Of a stretch of 64,000 bases of DNA, positions 30,360-41,298 are shown in pieces. The DNA is from Eledone cirrhosa (lineage: Eukaryota). The notes beneath the pieces were generated by a model, which was not told the DNA's origin, made no database searches, and saw only the letters and a program-made list of their open reading frames with translations. Position 1 is the first letter of the stretch. The number at the start of each line of letters is the position of its first letter. The stretch spans positions 91,698,001-91,762,000 of the forward strand of contig OZ024741.1 of assembly GCA_964016885.1 (NCBI GenBank). Reading direction: 5' to 3'. Position numbers and translations under genes: made by a program.

Positions 30360-32453
30360 TTACCGTATTTTTGGTAGAGGAGGGATGGTTTTTACATCCC
30401 TTTTCACTTGATCGTCTGGTGAAGGGACCGTTGAATCGTCCCTTCGGCTGGTCGTCGGCTCTTCTAAGAGAATGTCTGAATATACTCTTCGATTAATGGT
30501 TCCTCCTAGGTCCCTGAAATCACCAACTGCGTTGGGGAATTTCGTTTTAATGTTTGTGTATTGTTTCTGTGCTATTTTTAGCAGTCTTATGTTAGTTGGC
30601 GTTTTGATTGGTGCTGGTATTATGTAGTCCTGTTGTGAAATGTCTGTGTGTTCAATTATGTAAGTCATTAGTTTCTTGTTGTGTGTGTTTATTGCCGTGC
30701 ATTTGTTTTTCTGGGGGTGGGGTGTGGTTCTGCTATTTTCTTGTCGTTGTTGCTGGGTGTGTGTGTTTTGTTGTTGTGTTTGCGATGTTGGTGCTTGTGG
30801 TGTTGAAGGTGTTGTTGGCGGTGGGGTTGTCGCCGGTGGTGATGGTGGTGCTGGTGTGGGTGGTGATGGTGTTGGTGGTGTTGCTGCTGTGGGTCTCTTT
30901 GCAGTAGACTTTACCCTTTTCTCATTTCTTTCCTCCCTTTTCAAAGGCGACGATGCGCTGCTTCTGCGTTTGTGCCTTCTTGAGACCTTTTGCCATCCCT
31001 CTCCCACCTCACACTCCATGTCTGATTCTGTAAGGTCGGGGAGGGGTACCAGCTCCACTCTTTCACTTGTTGTTGTTGGTGATGTTTGCACTGGAGTCTC
31101 TGTTGCAGCTGCATTTGGTATTGCTGTTGTTGTTGTTAATATTTCCACTGCTGCTGCTGTCTTTGATTTCCGTGGAGTGGGTATGGGTGCCACGGACCTA
31201 TCGTTCCTGGTTGCCGCTTGTCCTGTTGCTGGTAGCCGTGGAACCGGATTCGGGAGGAGGGGGGTTTTCTCCTTTCTCAGGGTCTTCTCGTTGCAGAAGG
31301 CCCTGAGGTGAGTCTTCGATCCACAGCGAAAGCATTTCGGGCGTTTGCCCTCAACACTTATGGGCAGTTGAGTGCCGTTATCGAAGTCTATCACATCCGG
31401 GATAGCTTCGATGCACTCCTGGTTGGTTTGGATTAGCATCTCAATGGAGGAGCCGACCCAATCTTCTCTTACTTTTTTCTGTACTTGCAGTACAGTTGTT
31501 TTGTCCTCGATTCCGACGAGGACAGACGCGGCCAGCCAAGAAGGGGTCATTCCGGGGGGGACGTGGGTCAGTTTGACCCTCACAATTTTTTGCCCGCAGT
31601 AGGAGGGCACCAACACCATTTCCTCGCTCCTTAGGGTCACTACTGATTGGGCCTTTGCCTCCTGGGGTGTGGCAAAAAGTACGTCTACGGTGGCGTATTT
31701 TTTGCCTCGGGTGATGTGCGTTTTCCTCTGCCACACAGACCCCAAGGCTTTTTGTATTTGGGCCTCTGTGGCTCTTTCCACCCTACGGGATTTTGTACTT
31801 ACTGTACGGTACGTGACCGTACAGTGCTCTTGGGTTTCGAAAAAATTTTTCGCTGCCTTGCAGATTGCTCGGTGTCCGTTCTTTGTCACCATCTTCTTCG
31901 CTTCCTCTAATTCCTCATTTGTTATGAGGATTGTTTCCAGGTTTTTCGCAATACCTGCAAATGAGATTGGTTTTTCTCTGCTGTTGTTGTTGTCGTCAGA
32001 GCTGCTGGTACTTTTGTTGTTGCTGCAGGTACTACGACTACTGCCTCCGCCGCTGTTGCTGTGGTTGTTGTTGGTGTTGCTGCTGCTAATGGTGTTGTTG
32101 TTTATGCTGCTGGTGATGCTGTTGCGGCTGCTACTGTTGTTTTCATTGTCACTGTTGCTGTTGTTATTACGGCTGCTACTGCTATTATTCCTGACGTCAG
32201 ACGAATGAACTGGGTTTTCGTATTTCCCGCACACCTGTTTCGTCGCTGTCGTCGTCGTCGTGGAGAAACCTTGCACGCTTTGCACGAGACTTTTCTTTTC
32301 TTTCGTCGCTTGCGAAAGAGAAGGTAGTGGGAGAGACACATTTAAAGAAGGGAGGGAGAGAGACAATCTTCTCTCTCCTGTAGTGATGATTGAGGAAGAA
32401 GAAGACGGAATGAGTGGGAGTGACGTATGAAATTTTTTTTTTTTGGTAGCCAT
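30360..32453 (-). CDS. Tx1 ORF1
   Basis: Open frame from the ATG at 32453; CCHC knuckle. Confidence 0.9.
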   Translation of the reverse strand: MATKKKKFHTSLPLIPSSSSSIITTGERRLSLSLPSLNVSLPLPSLSQATKEKKSLVQSVQGFSTTTTTATKQVCGKYENPVHSSDVRNNSSSSRNNNSNSDNENNSSSRNSITSSINNNTISSSNTNNNHSNSGGGSSRSTCSNNKSTSSSDDNNNSREKPISFAGIAKNLETILITNEELEEAKKMVTKNGHRAICKAAKNFFETQEHCTVTYRTVSTKSRRVERATEAQIQKALGSVWQRKTHITRGKKYATVDVLFATPQEAKAQSVVTLRSEEMVLVPSYCGQKIVRVKLTHVPPGMTPSWLAASVLVGIEDKTTVLQVQKKVREDWVGSSIEMLIQTNQECIEAIPDVIDFDNGTQLPISVEGKRPKCFRCGSKTHLRAFCNEKTLRKEKTPLLPNPVPRLPATGQAATRNDRSVAPIPTPRKSKTAAAVEILTTTTAIPNAAATETPVQTSPTTTSERVELVPLPDLTESDMECEVGEGWQKVSRRHKRRSSASSPLKREERNEKRVKSTAKRPTAATPPTPSPPTPAPPSPPATTPPPTTPSTPQAPTSQTQQQNTHTQQQRQENSRTTPHPQKNKCTAINTHNKKLMTYIIEHTDISQQDYIIPAPIKTPTNIRLLKIAQKQYTNIKTKFPNAVGDFRDLGGTINRRVYSDILLEEPTTSRRDDSTVPSPDDQVKRDVKTIPPLPKIR

Positions 32454-32690
32454 GTTTTTTTGTTTAAAATGAAATTTTGGGTACAAAACCCCAATAACTG
32501 GCTATTTAACCCCGAAGGGCCAAATAACGGACAGAAAGACCCCTCTCACGAGGAGGAGGGTGTCTTTATCAACAATTTGGTTCAAGTTTTAAACAATTTA
32601 CAATTGTTTTAACGGTTAAAAATTACTATACCTTACAGAGCCGAGCCTCCGTCAACCATGGCATTCAATAATAATAATAATAATAATAAT

Positions 32691-35489
32691 AATACGGTGA
32701 GGAAACTACTTGGTATAAAAGCGAGAGGAAACAACAGACAAGAAAGAGCAGAGCCGTGGTGGAAGAAGCGACTGAGTGGGCAAATCGGGGAAATGAGAAA
32801 TGACATAGGAAAGCTTGAGTCACTACTGAATGGGACACTAAAAAACATAGGCACTAAAAATAGACTGGAAATAAAATACAAAACTAGGAGTAAAAAGCTA
32901 AATATTATCATAGAGGAATTGAAGCAACGCATTGTAGCAAAGAGTGCAAAAATCAGGCGATACGAGAACAGAGTCAGTCAGTATAAACAGAACCGCATGT
33001 TCGACAACAACCAGAAGATGCTGTTTGGACAGCTTGAGGGGAAAGAAAGAGGCAACGACTTGATCCCTGGGGCGGAACAAAGTAAAACATTCTGGAGAGG
33101 AATATGGGAGCAGGATGTTAGACACAATGCCCAGGCAGGGTGGATTGAGACAGTACAGAGGGAGATCGGTGAGCAGGCACAACAACAAACTGATTTGAGT
33201 ATCACAGTTGAAACTCTTAAGGGGCAGGCCAAAAAACTAACCAACTGGAAATCACCAGGCCCAGATGGTGTGCAGGGGTATTGGATTAAACATTTAACAT
33301 CCCTCCACCCGAAGCTGACGGCCATGTTCAATGACTGCTTGGTGTCGGGTGAGGTGCCAGAGTGGTTGACAAAAGGTACCACAGTTCTGATAATGAAAGA
33401 CCGAATCAAGGGTAATGATGTTACCAACTATAGACCTATCACATGTCTGTCCGTAATGTGGAAACTGTTGACGAGCATTGTGTCTGAGGAAATCTACCAT
33501 CACCTCCACACAAACAACTTGTTACCGGACGAACAGAAAGGATGCCGAAAGAAGTCACGTGGTACAAAGGACCAGTTACTTATTGATAAGATGGTAATGG
33601 GGAATTGCAGGAGGAGACACACTGATCTTGCCATGGGATGGATAGACTACAGAAAGGCATTTGACATGGTGCCTCATTCCTGGATCACCAAAAGCCTGGA
33701 GATCTTCAGGGTGGCAGATAACATCAGACAGTTGCTAGGCAGGAGTATGGGGTCCTGGGAGACAGAGTTGACATCAACTGGAGTATCCTTGGGAAGCGTG
33801 AAGATCAAGAGAGGTATCTTCCAGGGAGATAGCCTGTCCCCTCTGTTGTTTGTCCTTGCCCTGATGCTCTTGACCATTATGCTGCGAAAAGTGAGAGCAG
33901 GATACAAGTTGGGAAGGGGAGAGCTTACCATCAATCACCTCCTCTTCATGGACGATCTTAAGCACTTCGGGAAAAGTGAGAAGGAGTTGGATGTGCTTGT
34001 TGACACTGTCCGTATTTTCAGCAGTGATATATGTATGCAGTTTGGTATTGGTAAATGTGGAGTCATTGTGATGAAGAGGGGTAGGTTGAGCAGAAGTAAC
34101 GGGATCCAGATACCAACAGGTGAGATGATAAAGGAAATTGACTCTGAGGAAGGATACAAGTATTTGGGCGTTCTGGAGGCTGATGGCATAAAGAACAAAA
34201 AAATGAAGGAATTGTTAAGAACTGAATACATTCGGAGAGTAAGGAGCGTATTGAAGTCACATCTGAACAGCAGAAATGCCATAAGCGCAGTAAATTCCCG
34301 AGCTGTGTCTATTATTAGGTACAGTGCGGGAATTCTGAGATGGAATGTTGCTGAACAGAAAGAAATGGATAGGAAGACTAGGAAGCTATTGACTATCTAC
34401 AACATGTTCCACAAGAGGAGTGGTGTCGATAGACTCTACCTAAGGAGATCTGAGGGTGGAAGAGGTCTTATCAGCATAGAGGACTGTGTTCAGATGGAGA
34501 AAAACAACCTATACAAATACGTGACCTATAGTAAGGAGCCAATGCTCAGAACTGTACTGAAGGAGGGGACAGTAGGCCAGGGGATGTCCAAGGAGGAAAT
34601 AACATCAAGGAGGAAGAGCAGCCTTAAGGGAAAATCCCTTCATAGTACCTTCTTTGAGAAAACTGAATTTAGAGATCCACAGACATGGAACTGGTTAAGA
34701 AGAGGAGACCTCAAAAAGGCTACAGAAGGAATGCTAATGGCTGCGCAGGAGCAGGCCCTCAAAACGAAGTGGTTGAAGCACCATATCTACAAGGAGGAGG
34801 CTAGCCCACTGTGCAGGATCTGTGGAGAGAGAGAGAGGAGACTGTGGCTCACATGTGTCCGAGTGTAAACACCTAGACCAGACCCACTATAAGGGCTGGA
34901 GACACGATGTGATGGGCAGGGTGATCCACTGGCACCTGTGCAAAGTAAACAATTTACCACATTCTGAGAAATGGTATGAGCATAGGCCAGAGGCGGTGAT
35001 GGAGAACAATCAGGTGAAGGTGCTGTGGGATTTTAGGATACAGACGGACAAAAAACTGGAACACAATAGACCTGACCTGGTGGTTGTGGACAAAGAAAAA
35101 AGATCGTGCCTGATTGTGGATGTGGCCTGCCCGTTCGACACGAGAGTGCAAGAGAAGGAGAGGGAGAAAATTAACCGATACCAGGACCTAAAGTGGGAGG
35201 TGAAAAGGATTTGGAACTGCCATGAAGTCAAAGTGATCCCGATTGTCATAGGCGCACTGGGGACTATCTCCAAAAGTTTCCAGGGATGGTTAAAGAAAAT
35301 CGGCCCCTTCACGCTTTTTGGAACGCTTCAAAAGGCATGCTTGCTTGGAACAGCAAGAACCCTCCGATACGTCCTGAATATCTGAGGCTGCAGGTAGTGG
35401 CTTGATATTCAATCCAACGGACTTTCCAGTTAACCAACATCAATGACTGAGATTCAAGGAATAACAACAACAATAATAATAATAATAAT
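32691..35489 (+). mobile_element. Dong family 1 copy 2, lacking the 5' part, frameshifted near the zinc knuckle
   Basis: Matches 5535-8326; ORF split into 32658-34868 and 34822-35385; (TAA)n tail. Confidence 0.93.
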
Positions 35490-35588
35490 TGTTTCTACTT
35501 TTGGCACAACGCCAGCAATTACCCAGTTCATTACTGGTACTTTATTTTATCGACCCGGTAAGGATGAAAAGCAAAGTTAACCTCGACG
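35489..35588 (-). mobile_element. 5'-truncated tRNA-derived SINE (same family as 62244) with (ATT)n tail
   Basis: Reverse complement reads GAGGTTAACTTTGCTTTTCATCCTTACCGGGTCGATAAAATAAAGTACCAG...GTTGTGCCAAAAGTAGAAACAATTATT. Confidence 0.8.
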
Positions 35589-36670
35589 TTGTTTCTACTT
35601 TTGGGACTAATATTAATAATAATAATCATCCTCACTATGACGATGATGTAGCATGGTCGATGACGGTCAGCTCTCTCACTATGGCAACGACGATGATTGT
35701 GACTTCAATGGCAATGATTATCAATAATTTTAGTATCATAGTTGCTGTTGTTGTTGTGATTGGAGCAATGATTGTGACGATATTAAAGATAACTTTGTGA
35801 TGAATCAATATTTCAGCGTAAGAAAAATCGATATGACAGGTGAGGCTGATAAGACAATATCGATGAAAGCCATTTGATATATTTCTAACGCTTTTAATTC
35901 GCCTCCAAAAGGTAGGATGACGCTATCTCCATAGTTTTAACACGGGGAAGATAATCAAACATTTGAAGCACTTACGTCTTTCAATATCTAACCGCTTAAA
36001 ACAGCCCTTGGTTCTCTGATAGAAAACTGTTTATTTTGAAGTGTTCATATTTAACTAAAACTTCTATCATAATTTCATGTGAGAACATTTGTTGTTTCAA
36101 ACACCAGCTTAATAATATAGACATTTAATTTGGTCGTTTTGGAAGCCTCAACAATGCAGATGGGTAAATCTCCTGGTAACAGAATTCGGTGGTGAAGAGA
36201 GAGATGTAAGAGGAAATGTAGAATGAGACGTATAGTGTGTAGAGGAACGTAGGAAAGAGTGTAAAAATAAAAATAATAACACGAGATAGAGTTACCTTGG
36301 GAGAGATTTAATTGTCCCTATATTTCGGATTTCGCATCCATCAACTGGGGGGTTTACCGAGGGGGAAAGTTATCTGTCGGAGAGGAACGGTACGTGGACT
36401 CTGTTGTCCGCCGTTTGTGTGCAACTGAGATATTCTGTAGAATAGGTGCGGTCAAGCAGATATCTAGTTGTATTACTATTTCTCTTCAAAATCCTGATTT
36501 TTAACCTGAGGAAATTTCAAGTTCCCAGAGAAAGATTCTTTGTTTATATTTTTTGTTAGATTTATTTAGTTGATATTAAGTACAATAATTTCAAATGAAT
36601 ATTAGGTTGTTAATGTTGTGCAATAACATTTGTTGTGAATGAAATAAAAACGTTTAAAGTTTATGTGAAG

Positions 36671-36842
36671 CTGGAGCTTATCCCGGTTTCATTGGCTTTA
36701 ATCGACTGAGGATAAAAGACTGGACACCAGTCCATAGCAGGCCTACATTCTCCAGCTTTGCTGGTACACATGTCCAACTGTTTTGACTGGTGCACTGTGA
36801 AATGTCTTGCTCAAGAGCACGAACTCTAAGCCGTGCGCCTTC
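36671..36842 (-). mobile_element. Degenerate tRNA-derived SINE
   Basis: Reverse complement reads GGCGCACGGCTTAG...CTTGAGCAAGACA...CCTGCTATGGACTGGTGTCC...GAAACCGGGATAAGCTCC; head similar to 46468. Confidence 0.6.
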
Positions 36843-37010
36843 ACTAGATATTTTCTCTTTACTCTATGTAAGATAAAATCAGGATGGTGAACTGTTAAAG
36901 AGGGGAGGCATATAGAAAACCAAAAAAAGCTTAACGAACACCGTTCTATGTGATTGTTTGAATTGCAAAAATATTTGTCAAACCACACCCTAACATTACG
37001 AGGTAAGTCT

Positions 37011-37189
37011 CATTAGACGGAAAATGTGAAACTAGGACGTTTTTTCTTCTCTGGTATTTTAAAAAGAAATTCATATAACCTGGAAATAAAAATTTGATTT
37101 TGATTTTTTTTTTTTTTCAAAAACACAAAATACGTATTTCCAGGTCATGTATTTCCTTTATAGAAGAGAAAAATATTCTCTGTCTAATG
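37011..37189. repeat. Imperfect inverted repeat, possible MITE
   Basis: CATTAGAC/GTCTAATG ends; inner CATATAACCTGGAAATA/TATTTCCAGGTCATGT. Confidence 0.5.
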
Positions 37190-37499
37190 TGAAGTTTTCT
37201 TCATGATAGTATTGAGTGATTTGAACTAAGAACACAGTGCGCCAGAACAAATAACTCGGCATTTAATCTGAAGCTGTAGTGATCCACCTTGCCAATTCGC
37301 ATCTTATTCAAAATACTGCCTCACCCCAATAACAAACATCTGTAGATCAATACTTAGCAACTTAGTCACTGTTTATTCTATTTCTTCCACTTATTTTGTC
37401 TTTCCCTCACCTTTTACACTCTCGTCTCACCCATTTCTTTCTCACATTATGCGTTTCTATATCTTTAATCTGATTCGTTCATGACTCTAATCCTATGGC

Positions 37500-37786
37500 G
37501 CCCTTCACTCATGACACCACGGGTTTGTATCTGGACGGTTCCTCTCCTAGGTGCAAGATAAGGTAAAGTGTTTTTTTCTGGAAAAGCAACTGTTACCCAT
37601 GCATGCCTGTCTCCTTTCAGTTCCACTCTACCGATGTTGTCCAAGAGAAAGGCAATGACCGAAACAAATTAGCATCAGTATTATCGCAACTTATTTTTCC
37701 AGCAGAATGAATTGGAGCGAGGTGACACAACGTTCTGCCTGATCAAAGGATAGCTAAAGATTCTAACTACTATGCCACGCACATTC
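37500..37786 (-). mobile_element. Degenerate SINE (same family as 63843)
   Basis: Shares CCCATGCAT...CCGATGTT with 63961-64000; tRNA-like head TGCGTGGCATAGTAGTTAG on the - strand. Confidence 0.55.
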
Positions 37787-38675
37787 ACCTCTCTATAAAA
37801 ACATCCTAAAAACCTGATCTTTCTCCTAACATTTATAATCATTAAAATAGCGTGTCACGACAGTCTGTTGCTTGCTATTTATTATTTTTGATAATGTTTG
37901 TTTTTATTAGGCGTTTTTTTTTTTTTTATTAATGAAAGTAATTTGTTAAGAAGAGAATCTGTTGTATCGATTATTTTACTGGTAACATCCATGAGAGCCC
38001 CTTAACCTGGAAACAATCTGATAGGTTGTCTTGTATTACAACAGTAACAAATTACTCTGGTGTGATTGTTGGGAAGTTAGAAACACGGCGTTGTATTGAT
38101 CTCAATAATAATGCTATGTGGGATATATATAGAGGGGTAAACATAAAGAGAGAGAGAGACAGATAAGGAGAGACCGAGGGAGAAGAGAGATCATTAGAGA
38201 GATGTGTTTGATTATTAGCAACAGAGTAGGAGTGAACATATATATATGTGTGTGTGCGTGTGTGTCTGTTTGTGTGTGTGTGTGTGTGTGTCAGTATGTG
38301 TGTATGTATGGGTGTGTAGGTGTGTATTTATTTATATAAATATGTGTGTGTGTGCATGTGTGTGTATGCGTGTTACATACTGGATGAATATGAAAATCAT
38401 TTGACAGCCTTCCGCTGTGAAGGTTTTAAGGTTGTGACCACCGCCACTCATCCTTAGTCTCAACGAAAACAAGGGGAAGCAACTGACAACGTAGTTTCTC
38501 GCTTGTTAGTTGTCAAGGCTGCATATCCACCTAGTTCCCGCTGAGATAAGGATAATCTAGAGTCTTATACATGTCTCGCCTATGCGTATGAGCTGATGAA
38601 GTTCTTTTACATAGGGAGTGGTAGTCGACTAGGCTTAAATTCTTTTTAAAAATTAGTATTGGTACTCCAACTTAG

Positions 38676-38882
38676 CATTTCACCACCATAGGCGCTGAGC
38701 TGGCCAGCCGCGGGTGTGAGCCTTGCGAGTTGGAATGGCTCTTCCAGCGCATCTTCCTTACCATCCTCCGGGGAAACGCCTTCTCCATTCTGTCCGCCGG
38801 GGCTGTGGGGAGGCCAGCACGTGGGACCCCATTTGCTCACCATACAGAGAGATGGGGAGGGCGAGAGAGATGGAGGCGATGA
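38676..38882 (+). pseudogene. C-terminal fragment of a CRE-like RLE non-LTR retrotransposon ORF
   Basis: A frame not in the ORF track reads FTTIGAELASRGCEPCELEWLFQRIFLTILRGNAFSILSAG, resembling the (F/W)LFQRxSxAxQRGNAxxI C-terminal motif. Confidence 0.65.
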
Positions 38883-39165
38883 CAGTGGGAGTTCGGCTGT
38901 TCTTTCATGTTTACTTAGGTTACTATTTTCTATTGTATATAGTCTCATCAGGTTTAATAGAGAACAATGAAACAATAGAAAGCACTCAATACGTTTTGTC
39001 GAGTTTATATTTATTTATTTGTGTACATGATAGAGTCGTAGGGGCGTCATATAACATACAGTGTTTCTTGGTCATTCTTTTTATAGTCTCTAGGCCTGGG
39101 TACAGCAGATTTCTTCCAGGGAAAGATTGAAAGTAAGAGAGAGGAAAAGAGAAGGAGATATAGAG

Positions 39166-39331
39166 GAAGAATCGACACCAGCACTAGACTGGTACTTTTT
39201 TTTATCGACCTCAGAAGGATGACAGGCAAAGTTGACCTCGGCGGGATTTGAACTCAGAAAGCGGAGAGCCGGAACAAATGCCATAAAGCATTCTATCCAA
39301 CGTCCTAACGACTCTGCCAATTCGCTGCCTA
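39166..39331 (-). mobile_element. tRNA-derived SINE (family of 62244)
   Basis: Reverse complement: AGGCAGCGAATTGGCAGAGTCGTTAG (A box), GAGTTCAAATCCC (B box), GAGGTCAACTTTGCC..TCATCCTTC. Confidence 0.8.
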
Positions 39332-39862
39332 CGTGTTGTATAAAGGTTGTTTATGAAAAACATGTGACAGCCAACAAATGAGAAACTGCGTTGTCAGTTA
39401 CTCCCTCTTGCTTTTTCTGAGACTAAGGATGTGTAACGGTAGTCACAACCTTAAAAAAATAAAAACGGAATGCTGTCAAAGATGTTCCATAAACATCCCG
39501 TATATATATACAGATGTGTATAGCGCTATGCTGGAGCACCAGCATAGGCTGGATATATGTAGGCGAGAAATCTATAAGATTCTAGCTTATTTTTGTCTCA
39601 GCAGAAACTATGTGGATATGCAGCCTTGACAACCATCAAGAAGGGAGAAACAACTTTGTCAGTTGCTTCCCCTTGGTTTTTGTTTTGACAAGGATTTTCA
39701 CAACTTTAAAAAATTAAAAGAGGAAGGCTGTCAAATGTTTTTAATAAATATCCTGTATTCGACACCTACATACATATATATAATGCTATGTTGGAGCAGC
39801 AATGCTAATTTATATACATATATACAGACAGACACAGACACACATAACCGCCCCCTGCGCCC

Positions 39863-39896
<34 letters not shown>

Positions 39897-40426
39897 AAAG
39901 CAAGGATAGAGAGTAAGGATAACACATTATTAATGTTTATATGACCGTATAACACACACACTTATATAGATGTGTGTACGTGTGTGTGTGATGTGTGTGT
40001 GTCTGTGTCAATGATTGTATGCAGGTATGTATGTCTACATTTGTATGAGATGAGTGGGATGGTAATGTGTTAGAAGAGTAACTAAAAATAGGGGTTAGGT
40101 GGAGTGAGGTGAAATATATGGAAGGACAAACGGATCGAAGAGGGATGATATTGTCTATATGTTGAAGGCAGAGTGATTCGACTTGTGGAAATTTGCCAGC
40201 GAATTACTCATACGAGAAACATTGGAAGAAAAAGATGTCTAGAATTGATATTAGAAGAGAATAGAAGAGAGAATATGTTGTTATACAGTTATACAGCTTT
40301 GCTTTCGTCTGTAAGTCATCCATGTACCATTATTCTTTCTATTAATACCATGTCTGGTGTAGATATAGAGATGTACGGAAAACATCCTCCTACGTTTTGT
40401 TTGTAGAAGCATGTGAGCCTGTATGT

Positions 40427-40938
<512 letters not shown>

Positions 40939-40945
<7 letters not shown>

Positions 40946-41124
40946 TGAGATTCTACAGGACTAGAACTGTTTCATTCATTAGAAATCATCAGGAATCCTG
41001 ATGATTTCTAATGAATGAAACAGTTCTAGTCCTGTAGAATCTCATCTATATTAAAACTTTTATACTCTGCTATGTATTGAGTACCTTACTTACTGTGGTT
41101 ACCTCCGATTCAACCCGGAATAAC
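40939..41124. mobile_element. Penelope-like terminal fragment with a perfect palindrome (40939-41051) in (TA)n
   Basis: 56-bp arms around a single A at 40995; hammerhead core in each arm. Confidence 0.7.
40996..41043 (+). ncRNA. Type I hammerhead ribozyme core (stem I truncated by the inversion); mirror copy on the - strand
   Basis: CUGAUGA 40998-41004, short stem II, GAAA 41017-41020, stem III ACAG/CUGU, GUA site at 41034-41036. Confidence 0.6.
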
Positions 41125-41170
<46 letters not shown>

Positions 41171-41194
41171 TATATACATATATATAATATATAA

Positions 41195-41298
<104 letters not shown>

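Larger units (their letters stand above)
26642..32666 (-). mobile_element. Full-length Tx1 family A copy A3, both ORFs intact
   Basis: Same structure; (AAT)n at 32667-32693. Confidence 0.95.
38377..39757. repeat. Three diverged copies of a ~200-bp element: 38377-38582 inverted relative to 39366-39503 (partial) and 39560-39757
   Basis: Shared GTGGATATGCAGCCTTGACAAC, GAGAAAC..TTGTCAGTT.CT, CACAAC.TTAAAA and GGAA.GCTGTCAAA. Confidence 0.8.

Noticed and set aside
3686-35489. Telomeric retrotransposon array
   Set aside because: No TTAGGG/TTAGG tracts; spacers are AAT. Chromosomal position cannot be seen from the window.
36314-36350. Hammerhead-like motif on - (TTGAT-GGAT..ATCC-GAAATATAGGG)
   Set aside because: The CUGAUGA core is incomplete; at most a decayed remnant.
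38646-38975. 109-aa minus-strand ORF as a host exon
   Set aside because: The opposite strand matches a retrotransposon C-terminal motif; no other exons seen.
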